This document shows positions 20,801-31,500 of a stretch of 64,000 bases of DNA, one piece after another. A model generated the notes under the pieces. That model was not told the DNA's origin, made no database searches, and saw only the letters and a program-made list of their open reading frames with translations. Location of the stretch: the NCBI GenBank assembly GCA_041651015.1, contig JBAZKA010000001.1, forward strand, positions 62,000 to 125,999. Reading direction: 5' to 3'. Made by a program: the position numbers and the translations under genes. Source of the DNA: Patescibacteria group bacterium (GTDB lineage Bacteria; Patescibacteriota; Patescibacteriia; Magasanikbacterales; GWA2-37-8). Numbering within the stretch: the stretch's first letter is position 1; every line of letters begins with the position of its first letter.

Positions 20801-21289
20801 CTCACCAAGTCTACAGATTTGTATGGCAATGTCATGCAAATCCGCAAGACCAGACCGGTGTTTGCCAATGTTTCTCTTGGCTCATCCGGCCTTGGCGCCG
20901 CTGAAGAAGAAGTGCTCAAGTTCACTGTCACTGCCGATTCCAACGAAGAAGTCGTGATCACCAGCTTGACATTTACTGAAGAGGGCTCTGTCACATCTTC
21001 GGTGTCAAACTTCAAACTGTATGTTGACGATTCGGAAAAGGCCTCGGTCACCAGTGGTGTTCCGACCTTCACCGGATTGACCAATGTGTCAGTTGCGGCT
21101 GGTCAAACCAGAACGTTCTCTGTCCGCGCCAACACCACTGGTGTTGCCGTCGACAAGACGTATGGCATCAGTTTGGAGAAAACCACAGTTGGTAATGTTA
21201 CTTGGGCCGAATACTTTGTCGGCGGTAACAATCCGGGTGATGCTGAGTACCTCAACACCTTCCCGATGTCCAACTCCAAGAAATACTAA
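17825..21289 (+). CDS. large secreted S-layer-like surface protein
   Basis: Signal peptide, S/T/V/G-rich repeated beta domains, strong codon bias, long leader, strong terminator. Confidence 0.75.
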   Translation: MYNVIKKALTFSVVASTMLWSVGIAALIPSVAQGATCPTLAAGDMIKVTGKAAIYALRNDLKVVYFPSGDEFKSWRPTYGGYISITQDCFDSLSVPSNYPAAVGFHPGSYLVKRPSSDQLYVVEPNNTLAKITSALATTLYGTSAYSDGVGAKVMTISDVFWPHYVNRGTDITTAVAHPGMLFKVDSTTYYVDEDGKLREVTDAGFTANNFQKKFVRTLTSTAIAGLTAGTAISAEIASVTDKTQSGGITTTTAAGTLTVALSSATPGALSVPQNGTRVPFTNVVLTAGSDNAINVDAITVKRTGLSDYSYFAGTAGSVWAEKDGVRVTSQSDMNSSDEVNLTFSPILNIPAGTSVTLEIVASLNSAAGNGALGIASASAVSAGGVTVAGSFPVTGNLMSFTSYNVATASVDYDTATRTPKVGDTAAEISSFGVTQTATYSKDVIFKSIMLKNSGVEDLATSLSNVYLEKAGAQVSSYGTINGRYITFVLNGGGLLIEKGDSLTFKVKGDIMAKENASTPSFTFYVNKVEDVNIVEKSTGFGAAVTKDADTNNVDITSGALSITKKSTQPSDADVTKGTSDTVSLLANIRADEAISADGIKVGWEGTYVSTSFQNAKVYLNSHLLGTFDPTDESDTNYEIETSVNFNKGDNELKIMVGVKSTATSSANIKFKVVGTEFVNGESPEYVSSGNSVDSDDVNGSPVGAIITVAGAGLTIARNDGYAADRSIVQGTTDVSLGKFNVKATSDTVTLTSIEVAANSGTGTKVSDSSVFDMKLMVDGVQVGTTRDFNSSGASFSGLNVSIAKDAIKSVEVVASFDTMSTGSIKTVLSFNGQDSNGKTTGLTGLTGTTVNNVVIAAGVLTATAGTDTADKSILLAKSGVEYSVATFKLTSQYDSSNITEMTIVNSSTLASDARISSVKLYDGSTLLGTDFVMSNSTTISLDTNSLIVPANGYKNVTVKVVLNTIDDVTQSSSTFRANLTQIKYKGSAGSELTKSTDLYGNVMQIRKTRPVFANVSLGSSGLGAAEEEVLKFTVTADSNEEVVITSLTFTEEGSVTSSVSNFKLYVDDSEKASVTSGVPTFTGLTNVSVAAGQTRTFSVRANTTGVAVDKTYGISLEKTTVGNVTWAEYFVGGNNPGDAEYLNTFPMSNSKKY

Positions 21290-21327
21290 TCTTTGATTAG
21301 TGTGATTGGCAGAGTGTAAAAACTCTG

Positions 21328-21365
21328 AATCAAAATCCCCGCCGAAAGGCGGGGATTTTGATTTT
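21328..21365. terminator. bidirectional terminator
   Basis: aatcaaaatccccgcc-gaaa-ggcggggattttgatt. Confidence 0.9.
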
Positions 21366-21379
21366 GGTCATTTGAATAG

Positions 21380-22753
21380 TTATGCCACTTTCGTACCGTC
21401 AGGCGTATCCATTACCGTATAGCCGAGTTTGATTAAACGGTCGCGCAGTTCATCGCTTTTCTTCCAATCCTTGGCCGTGCGAGCTGTATCGCGCTCAGTC
21501 AAAAGTTTATGCACACTGTCGGGAATTTTGGCTTCCAAACATTCTTTGATTTTTAGTCCGAGAATTTTGTCCCAAGCGATTAAAGTTTTTTGACTGATTC
21601 TTTTATTTTTTATTGCCTCCCACATTAGCGCAATGGCATTGGGTGTGTCCAAATCATCATTGATCGCCGCTATGAATTTATCTTTGATTTTTTCTTCCTC
21701 GGCCACGGCATGACGAGAGACTGAAGCCCTCTTGGGTAATTCGCGGGCGATGGCACAGAGATGCTTCAATCCGCTTTGCGCCGCCGTAAGCGCCTCCCAA
21801 CTAAAAGATAATTGTTTGCGATAATGAGTTTGTAAAATAAAATAACGATAGGCGATAGGGTCAACATTTTTTTCTTTGATCGTGTCTATGGTGACAAAAT
21901 TTCCCAGCGATTTGCTCATTTTGTCCTCGCCCATGTTTAGAAATTCATTGTGCATCCAATAATGCGCCGGTATTACTCCTTCGGCCGCTTCGGTTTGGGC
22001 AATTTCATTGGTGTGGTGCACGGGGATATGGTCAATACCACCGGTATGGATATCAAAAGGAATGCCAAGGTATTTGGCGGACATGGCCGAACATTCAATA
22101 TGCCAGCCCGGGAAACCTTTGCCCCACGGGCTGTCCCATTCCATTTGGCGCTGAGCCAAAACCGGAGAAAATTTCCATAAGGCAAAATCTGAAGCATGGT
22201 GTTTGCCACCCATGGCCACGCGGGCGCCGGCGCGGAGTTCCTGTTTGTCTAAACGCGCCAATCGGCCATAGCCGGCCAATTTTTTGGTGTCAAAATATAT
22301 TCCATCCAAAGTGGTATAAGTAAACCCCTTTCGTTCCAATTTTTTTATTAAATTGATTTGCTCCTTGATGTGGTCGGTGGCTCGGCAAACGACTTCCGGT
22401 TCTTTGATATTCAAGTCGTTTAAATTTGCCATGAAGGCTTTGGTATAATATTTGGCAATGTCCCAGGCGGTTTTTTTTTCGCGAGCCGCGCCTTTTTCCA
22501 TTTTATCATCGCCTTCATCACCATCGCCGGTCAAATGCCCAACGTCGGTGATATTCATCACGTGTTTGACTTTAAAGCCATCGGCCTTTAATGTCCGATG
22601 CAAAATATCCCAAGTAATGTATGAGCGCAAATTGCCGATATGCGCGTAGTCGTAAACAGTCGGACCGCAAGCATAAATGCCGACCTTGCCCTCGTGAATC
22701 GGGACAAAATCCTCAATTTTACGCGACATGGTATTGTAGAGGCGGAGAGTCAT
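21380..22753 (-). CDS. cysS: cysteine--tRNA ligase
   Basis: CGPTVYDYAHIGN, DFALWK, WDSPWGKGFPGWHIECSAMS, KMSKSLGNF. Confidence 0.97.
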   Translation of the reverse strand: MTLRLYNTMSRKIEDFVPIHEGKVGIYACGPTVYDYAHIGNLRSYITWDILHRTLKADGFKVKHVMNITDVGHLTGDGDEGDDKMEKGAAREKKTAWDIAKYYTKAFMANLNDLNIKEPEVVCRATDHIKEQINLIKKLERKGFTYTTLDGIYFDTKKLAGYGRLARLDKQELRAGARVAMGGKHHASDFALWKFSPVLAQRQMEWDSPWGKGFPGWHIECSAMSAKYLGIPFDIHTGGIDHIPVHHTNEIAQTEAAEGVIPAHYWMHNEFLNMGEDKMSKSLGNFVTIDTIKEKNVDPIAYRYFILQTHYRKQLSFSWEALTAAQSGLKHLCAIARELPKRASVSRHAVAEEEKIKDKFIAAINDDLDTPNAIALMWEAIKNKRISQKTLIAWDKILGLKIKECLEAKIPDSVHKLLTERDTARTAKDWKKSDELRDRLIKLGYTVMDTPDGTKVA

Positions 22754-22818
22754 ATATTTGTGTATATATATTAGCTGAAACCTCGTCATATTTCAAGAGT
22801 GGGGGAGGTATGGTATAA

Positions 22819-22909
22819 TAAGTTCATAAAGTTATAAAGTTCAAAGTTCGTAAAGTCCTCGCGACTCAGTGACTTTATAACTTTATAACTTTATGAACTT
22901 TATAAACTT
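22819..22909. repeat. imperfect inverted repeat built of (T/C)ATAAAGTT-like units, copy A
   Basis: aagttcataaagttataaagtt...actttataactttatgaactt; related copy at 42168-42260. Confidence 0.8.
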
Positions 22910-22914
22910 CGTTT

Positions 22915-24063
22915 ATGTTTTCCAAACCCAAAGGCTTTATCGGCGTTGACCTTGGCGCCGGCGGAGTCAAAATTGTTGAATTGCGCGAAGAAAAAAAGCG
23001 TCCGGTTTTGTATACCTATGCCCTGACTTCAGAGTCTCAGGATGTGCATCAGCTGTTGGCCGAAACCCGGGAAAAACTTTTGGCGCCGGAAGCTGTGCAG
23101 ATTGAACAAAAGCAAAATATCCGCGGAGATAAAAAGGCCGCGCCCATGGTTGACGCATCTGACGCCAGAGTACAAAAATACGCTGACACGCTTCATGCCG
23201 CCTGTGTCGCGGCCAAAACTTCATCCAAAATCGCGGTCGGAAGTTTGCCCGTGTCCGCGGTGTTTCATTCTATTGTCACCATGCCGGCGGTTGATGCCAA
23301 AGAATTTTTGGGCATTCTCAAGGCTGAAGTGAAAAAATTATTGCCTTATTCCATTGACGACATGGTTTTGGACTATCAGGTGTTGGAATCATTTTCCACG
23401 GATAAGGTCAAAAAAATAATGGTTAGCGCCGTGCCCAAAGCCATCGTGGAATTTTATTCAAAAGTTTTCCGCCGGGCCGGTTTGACCTTGGAATCATTAG
23501 AGCCGGAATCAATGGCCTTGTCGCGCTCGCTCATCGGCCGGGACCGCGCCGTCACCATGCTGATTGATATGGGCGCCGAGCGGACAAACTTTTTTATAAT
23601 TGATGAAGCCATCCCGATTACCAATCATTCTATTGAATCAGGTGGTAATAAAATCAATCGCTTGATGATGTCCACACTCGGGGTTGAAGAATCCGAGGTG
23701 CCACAAATCAAACACGACCTGTATCAGCGTTCGCTTGCGGGCAACGGCACAATTGACCGTAAAACATTTATTGATTTGCTTATGCCGGTCATTGATCCGA
23801 TTGTCAAACAAATTGAATACAGCTTTGGCGTTTATTTTAACCAAACGGGCAACGAACAAAAGAAGCCCGAGAAAATTATTTTGACCGGCGGTGCGGCCAT
23901 GGTGCCATATCTGGCGGAATATTTGGCTGATTATTTTAAAATTAAATGTTATTTGGGCGACCCGTGGGCGAGAGTAGTACATCAGGACAAATTACAACCG
24001 TTATTAAATGAGATCGGGCCGAGAATGTCTATTGCGATTGGTTTGGCGCTCAAGAATTTATAA
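22915..24063 (+). CDS. pilM: type IV pilus assembly protein PilM
   Basis: IGVDLG...VKIVEL, MVLDYQVL, IDMGAERTN, ILTGGAA, IAIGLALK. Confidence 0.92.
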   Translation: MFSKPKGFIGVDLGAGGVKIVELREEKKRPVLYTYALTSESQDVHQLLAETREKLLAPEAVQIEQKQNIRGDKKAAPMVDASDARVQKYADTLHAACVAAKTSSKIAVGSLPVSAVFHSIVTMPAVDAKEFLGILKAEVKKLLPYSIDDMVLDYQVLESFSTDKVKKIMVSAVPKAIVEFYSKVFRRAGLTLESLEPESMALSRSLIGRDRAVTMLIDMGAERTNFFIIDEAIPITNHSIESGGNKINRLMMSTLGVEESEVPQIKHDLYQRSLAGNGTIDRKTFIDLLMPVIDPIVKQIEYSFGVYFNQTGNEQKKPEKIILTGGAAMVPYLAEYLADYFKIKCYLGDPWARVVHQDKLQPLLNEIGPRMSIAIGLALKNL

Positions 24064-24064
24064 T

Positions 24065-24469
24065 ATGTTAAAGAAAATTCATCAATCCGGTAAAATCCAA
24101 AGCGTCCTTCTGGTTGAATCAGATGAATTTCTGGCCGATATATACGCCAAGAATATTGAGATGGAAGGCTTCCGCGTGGTCAAGGCCGTCAACGGAGAGC
24201 GGGCGTTGGCTCAATTAAAAAATAAAGAAATTGACCTGATTCTTCTCTCGGCCACTTTGCCCGGCATGAATGGTTTTGAAGTGCTGGCTGAACTGAAAAA
24301 TGACAAGAAAACCGCGTTTATACCCGTTATTTTGCTGTCAAAACTCGGAGCCAAAGAAGACGTAGAAAAATCCCGCGAACTTGGCGCCGAGGCCTACATT
24401 ATTAAGTCGCATTTCCGTCCATCCGAGATTGTGGATAAAATTAAGAAAATACTATTCAAAAGGATTTGA
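24065..24469 (+). CDS. single-domain response-regulator receiver, atypical (Asp to Ser)
   Basis: VLLVESD, DLILLSATLPGMNGFEVL, IPVILLS, GA..YIIK. Confidence 0.85.
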   Translation: MLKKIHQSGKIQSVLLVESDEFLADIYAKNIEMEGFRVVKAVNGERALAQLKNKEIDLILLSATLPGMNGFEVLAELKNDKKTAFIPVILLSKLGAKEDVEKSRELGAEAYIIKSHFRPSEIVDKIKKILFKRI

Positions 24470-24523
24470 ATTTGGTATAATGTATCCAACTATGAAAAAC
24501 AACTATCGGAAGGGGGTGAATTT

Positions 24524-24970
24524 ATGAATAGGAAAGGTTTCACTTTGATTGAGTTGTTGGTTGTAATTGCCATTATCGGTTTGTTGTCCACTCTCTCGGT
24601 GGTCGCTTTGGGTTCTGCTCGTCAGAAATCCCGCGACTCCAAGCGTTTATCGGACTTGAAGCAGGTTCAAACCGCGTTGGAATTGTATTACACTGATAAC
24701 AACACATATCCGACCACGACCGTAACCCTCGGTACCACTGATGCCAAATGTTTGGGCACCAATGGTTTCCACGCCACAGGTGGTTGCTCGGGCACCACTT
24801 ATATGGGTCTTGTCCCGACCGAACCGACACCGGGAGGCACCGGTTATACGTATACCGGAGCGTCTACAACTTTCAGCATCACTGCCACGCTTGAGAGCGC
24901 GGTCAATGATTTACGCGCTGGAGGAATTATTGCTACGCAAAACGGTATCGTCAACGCTTCGTCCACCTGA
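24524..24970 (+). CDS. type IV pilin
   Basis: KGFTLIELLVVIAIIGLL class III signal; Cys pair. Confidence 0.95.
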   Translation: MNRKGFTLIELLVVIAIIGLLSTLSVVALGSARQKSRDSKRLSDLKQVQTALELYYTDNNTYPTTTVTLGTTDAKCLGTNGFHATGGCSGTTYMGLVPTEPTPGGTGYTYTGASTTFSITATLESAVNDLRAGGIIATQNGIVNASST

Positions 24971-25079
24971 TGATTTATAGGTCATAAAATAAAAATCCTT
25001 CAGCCTCGTGTTGAAGGATTTTTATTAACGAGGGATATTATTGAAATTTTAATGGGGTTGGGCTATAATTAATTGTATT

Positions 25080-25862
25080 ATGGACCAAATTGAACTTCTT
25101 CTTAAAGTCATTTCCGCCTTTGTTATTGGCGCTTGCATCGGCAGTTTTATCAACTGTCTGATTTGGCGCCGTAACAACAATATGCGCATTACCAAAGGAC
25201 GCAGTCAATGCGTGCATTGCGGGCGAACTTTAACCTGGTATGAAAATATTCCGGTTTTGAGTTTTTTTTGTTTGCGCGGACAGTGCCGGACGTGCCACAA
25301 GCCGATTCCGAAATATTATGTGATCGTGGAATTTTTTACCGGTATTTTATATGTTTTAGTTTTTTGGCTGGCCGTCTCGCATTATCAAAATGATTGGATT
25401 GTGCTGACGCGAGATTTGTTTTTTCTGTCCGTCCTCATGATAATTTTTGTGGAGGATTGTATTTATCAAACCATCCAGTCAGAGATTGTCTGGTTGGGGA
25501 TTATCGGCGGTTTTATCTTTAATTATTTTCTCGGCGTGTCCGCTCTCAATATGGTGTTTGGCGCGGCCATCGGCTGTGGTTTTTTTCTTATTCAATACAT
25601 TATTTCCAAAGGACGCTGGATTGGCGGCGGCGATGTGCGCATGGGCGGTATGATGGGCGTTTGGCTGTGTGCGCCATCGGCCCTGCTCGCGATTTTTTTT
25701 GCCTATGTCCTTGGCGCGTTTGTTGGTATATTTCTTCTTCTCGGCCGCAAGCGCGGGTGGAATTCGGCTATTCCTTTTGGACCGTTTTTGGCCTTTTCCA
25801 CTTTTTTGGCGTTATTTTTTGGGCAGCCGATGATTGATTGGTATTTGAGATGGTTGATATAA
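25080..25862 (+). CDS. pilD: prepilin peptidase
   Basis: GSF.NC...R, SQCVHCG..L.WYENIPVLSF....G.CRTC, GGGD, IPFGPFL. Confidence 0.93.
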   Translation: MDQIELLLKVISAFVIGACIGSFINCLIWRRNNNMRITKGRSQCVHCGRTLTWYENIPVLSFFCLRGQCRTCHKPIPKYYVIVEFFTGILYVLVFWLAVSHYQNDWIVLTRDLFFLSVLMIIFVEDCIYQTIQSEIVWLGIIGGFIFNYFLGVSALNMVFGAAIGCGFFLIQYIISKGRWIGGGDVRMGGMMGVWLCAPSALLAIFFAYVLGAFVGIFLLLGRKRGWNSAIPFGPFLAFSTFLALFFGQPMIDWYLRWLI

Positions 25863-25959
25863 AAAAGCACCGCCTAAGGACGAAACCCTAAGAGGTACAA
25901 TTTTGTATGAATTCCAATTAAATTATAGTCTATAAATTATTTTTTGTCAAGTTCTATTT

Positions 25960-26379
25960 ATGATAATCATGCAGATGATCGTGCAACAATTTGTTGAATG
26001 GACAAAAAAGAAAATTCGGCATCATTCGGAAACAGAGAAAAGAATATATTTTCGTGAGAAAGAAATATGGTGGGCCGCGCTTGGTAAAAATATCGGTTGC
26101 GAGGCGGACGGTAAAAATGAATTGTTTGAAAGACCGGTGCTGATTCTAAAAAAATATTCAAAAGAAATGTGCTTTATATTACCACTGACCACACAAATTA
26201 AGAGTGTGAGACCTTGGTATCAGGCATTAGTTTTGATTGATGGAAAAGATAATGCCATAAATATTTCTCAAGGAAGGGTGATAAGTTGCCGACGATTGTT
26301 GCGAAAAATGACCGTATTGAGCGATGGGGATTATGAAATGGTTTTTGATCAATTTATCAGGTCCTTTAATAAAAAATAA
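25960..26379 (+). CDS. PemK/MazF-like toxin-fold protein with no adjacent antitoxin ORF
   Basis: EIWWAALGKNIG.E.DGK....RPVLILK....PLTT, SQ.RVIS.RRL. Confidence 0.8.
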   Translation: MIIMQMIVQQFVEWTKKKIRHHSETEKRIYFREKEIWWAALGKNIGCEADGKNELFERPVLILKKYSKEMCFILPLTTQIKSVRPWYQALVLIDGKDNAINISQGRVISCRRLLRKMTVLSDGDYEMVFDQFIRSFNKK

Positions 26380-28548
<2,169 letters not shown>

Positions 28549-28549
28549 T

Positions 28550-31500
28550 ATGTCGGAGAAATTCAGACCCATGCCGGAGGAGGCAAGGGGGGAAATAAAA
28601 TCGGAAAAACCGAGTGATATTAAGGTTGAAAAAAATGATAATATTGAAAAGGAAAAATTACCGCAAGTGGACAAAGAGACCGGAATTTATACGGATGAGA
28701 ACGGAGAGGAGTGGGCAACGGTAAGTATGGTCGTAAAGTTGTTGGGTTTAAGCGGCGCTGTATTTACCAAAGAACGTCTCTCAGGTGTCCGCTCAATTCG
28801 CGGGCGTGATGGTACGGGTAAGTCCGTCAATCTATTAAATTTAACTGATATAAAAATTTTTTTTGCAGACCATTTGCGGTTACCTCAAGTAGACAAAGAA
28901 ACCGGTATTTATAAGGATGAAAATGGAGAGCAATGGGCGACAGCGCCAGCTGCTGCCGAGCTATTTGGGTTTGGCGCTGACATGTTATCTAAGGAGCGTC
29001 TCGCCTACGTCCGTTCAATACGTGGACGAAGCAGAAGCGGTAATTTCGTTAATTTGTATAATCTCACCGACCTCAGAAATTATTTTGCAGACCATTTGCG
29101 GTTACCTCAAGTAGACAAAGAAACTGGTATTTATACGGATGAGAATGGAGAGCAATGGGTAACGTTAAAAACGGCATCTGACATTATCGGAGTTTATGAG
29201 GTGATGATTACTAAGAAACGTTTGTCCAAAGTCCGTTCAATTCGTGGCCGCGATAGGGTCGGCCGCGGCCCCAATCATGGTCAGCCGAATAACCTATTTA
29301 ATTTATCTGACCTGAAAAAGTTGTTTGCAGACCATTTGCGGTTACCTCAAGTAGACAAAGAAACTGGTATTTATACGGATGAGAATGGAGAACAATGGGT
29401 AGCGTTAAAAACGGCATCTGACATTATCGGAGTTTACCAGGTGATGTTTACTGAGAAACGTTTGTCCAAAGTCCGTTCAATTCGTGGCCGCGATAGGGTC
29501 GGCCGCGGCCCCAATCATGGTCAGCCGAATAACCTATTTAATTTATCTGACCTGAAAAAGTTGTTTGCAGACCATTTGCGGTTACCTCAAGTAGACAAAG
29601 AAACTGGTATTTATACGGATGAGAATGGAGAGCAATGGGCGACAAAAAGTGCCGCGGCAAAGTTTTTTATGTTAGACGTAAAGTTGTTTACTAAAAAACG
29701 TCTTTTTAGTATACGTGCGATACGTGGCCGCGGTGCTGGAATTAGCTCTCCCGAACCCGGTCAACTGGGCAACCTATTTAATTTATCTGACCTGAAAAAG
29801 TTGTTTGCCGATTATCTACATCTGCCACAAGTGGATAAGGAGACCGGTATTTATACGGATGAAAACGGAGAGCGGTGGGTGGCGCGTGCCACAGCAGCAA
29901 AAATGTTTGGTGTAGACGTCGTAACTCTTACCGCACTGCGCTTGTCTCAAGTACGTTCAATTCGCGGCCGCTATAAGGATGGTCGTGCTCCTGAATTTGG
30001 TCAGCCGAATAATTTATTTAATCTCTCCGACCTAGAAAAAGTTTTTGCCGATTACATTACCCAGAAAAAAGGATCCGCTCAAGACCGCGAACTCCGTGAA
30101 TCATTTGATAAAAAAATTAACGAGATCGCGGACGGAGAAACATTTGACGCGCAAAAATTCCGTTCACTGGTAGATGCTTTTGGCGCGGCGCGATGCGTAG
30201 ATATTTTATATCGTCTTTATCCGGAATTTAAAGGCTTGCCGATTGAGCACATCAAGGGAACAATGGCCGATTATCTCGGGGATTTTTTAATTGCCAAAGG
30301 CGATTTTCATCCGAGAAATTGGGGAGACATTGAACCGTTTTTGTCTGATGTAACTTTTCGCGAGTCATTGTACGAAACCGTCAAGGACCATTGTTTACGG
30401 TATTTTTTTATTAAGAAACGCGAAGAACCGCAGAGAGATAATTTGGAAATAATTTATGAGTATTTGGATAATGCCGCGAGCGAGGTCCAAGGAATTGACA
30501 GTAAAGAGTTGGATGACATAATCCAGAACGTGATTGAGTATTATGATGCGGCCATACGTGATTTTGAAAAACCCGAAGGTTTTAAAGACCGTTTGACGAC
30601 TGACCGGGAATTTCCCGACATCAATCAAAAAATAAACATGAAAGAGCTATCCGACAAGAAACGAATTTTGATTGCCGATGAAATGGGTTTGGGCAAAAGT
30701 GCCTCGGTCATTATGGCCAAAGAACAGCTCGGCGTGGCTTGCGCGCTGGTCACGGCGCCGGCCAATGTGATTGAAACCTGGAAAAAATATTTATCCGATG
30801 AAGACGGCGGGTATTATCTGGAGGGCAAAGCGCCAAAAGTTTTGAGCATAGAAAAGTCCGAAGATTTGGACCGAACGGCGAGTGAACAATTTGATTTCAT
30901 ATTGATCTCGCATGAACGTTTGTCTGCCGGCGCGGATATTGTGGAGAAGTTATCCCTGGCCGGATTTGATATGCTCGTCGTGGATGAAGCGCATAAAATG
31001 AAAAATCCCAAGGGCCAGCGGGCCGAGCAGGCCTTGGAACTCGCGGCTTCGCTTGACCCGGAAACGGGATATTTGGCCCTGTTGTCCGGTACGCCGGTGC
31101 CGAATAAAGTCGGTGATATCGCCATAGCTTTGAAAATGCTATATCCGGATAAATTTGCCGATGTTCCGGCTGAAGAATTGTCCGGCCAAATTATCAGCGG
31201 AGATATTTTGGATCTGCGTAGTTTGCTTATGCCACGAATGCAAATGAAAGATTTGCGAGAGAGTATTGACATGCCCGAGCTGACGGAAACCATTGTGCCG
31301 ATTTCGTTGTCGCCGGAAGAGCGGGATATTTATGAAGCGTTGCTGGAAGACGATGAAGTGACAGCCACGGAAAAAATGAAAATTCTGCGTCAATTTTTGC
31401 TTAATCCCGATTTGGTCGTACTTGACCCGAATTTGGAAAGCTCAAAGATTCGCGCTTGTCGCGAGAGATTAAACGAAGCTTTCGCCGAACACGATAAAGT

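Noticed and set aside
16576-21084. Antisense ORFs over the anti-sigma and S-layer genes
   Set aside because: Expected from codon bias; no recognisable motifs.
28658-30060. CRISPR array or DGR template/variable repeat
   Set aside because: Units are 222-240-bp in-frame coding repeats without spacers. Differences between units 3 and 4 are not adenine-specific, and no cas or reverse transcriptase gene is in the window.
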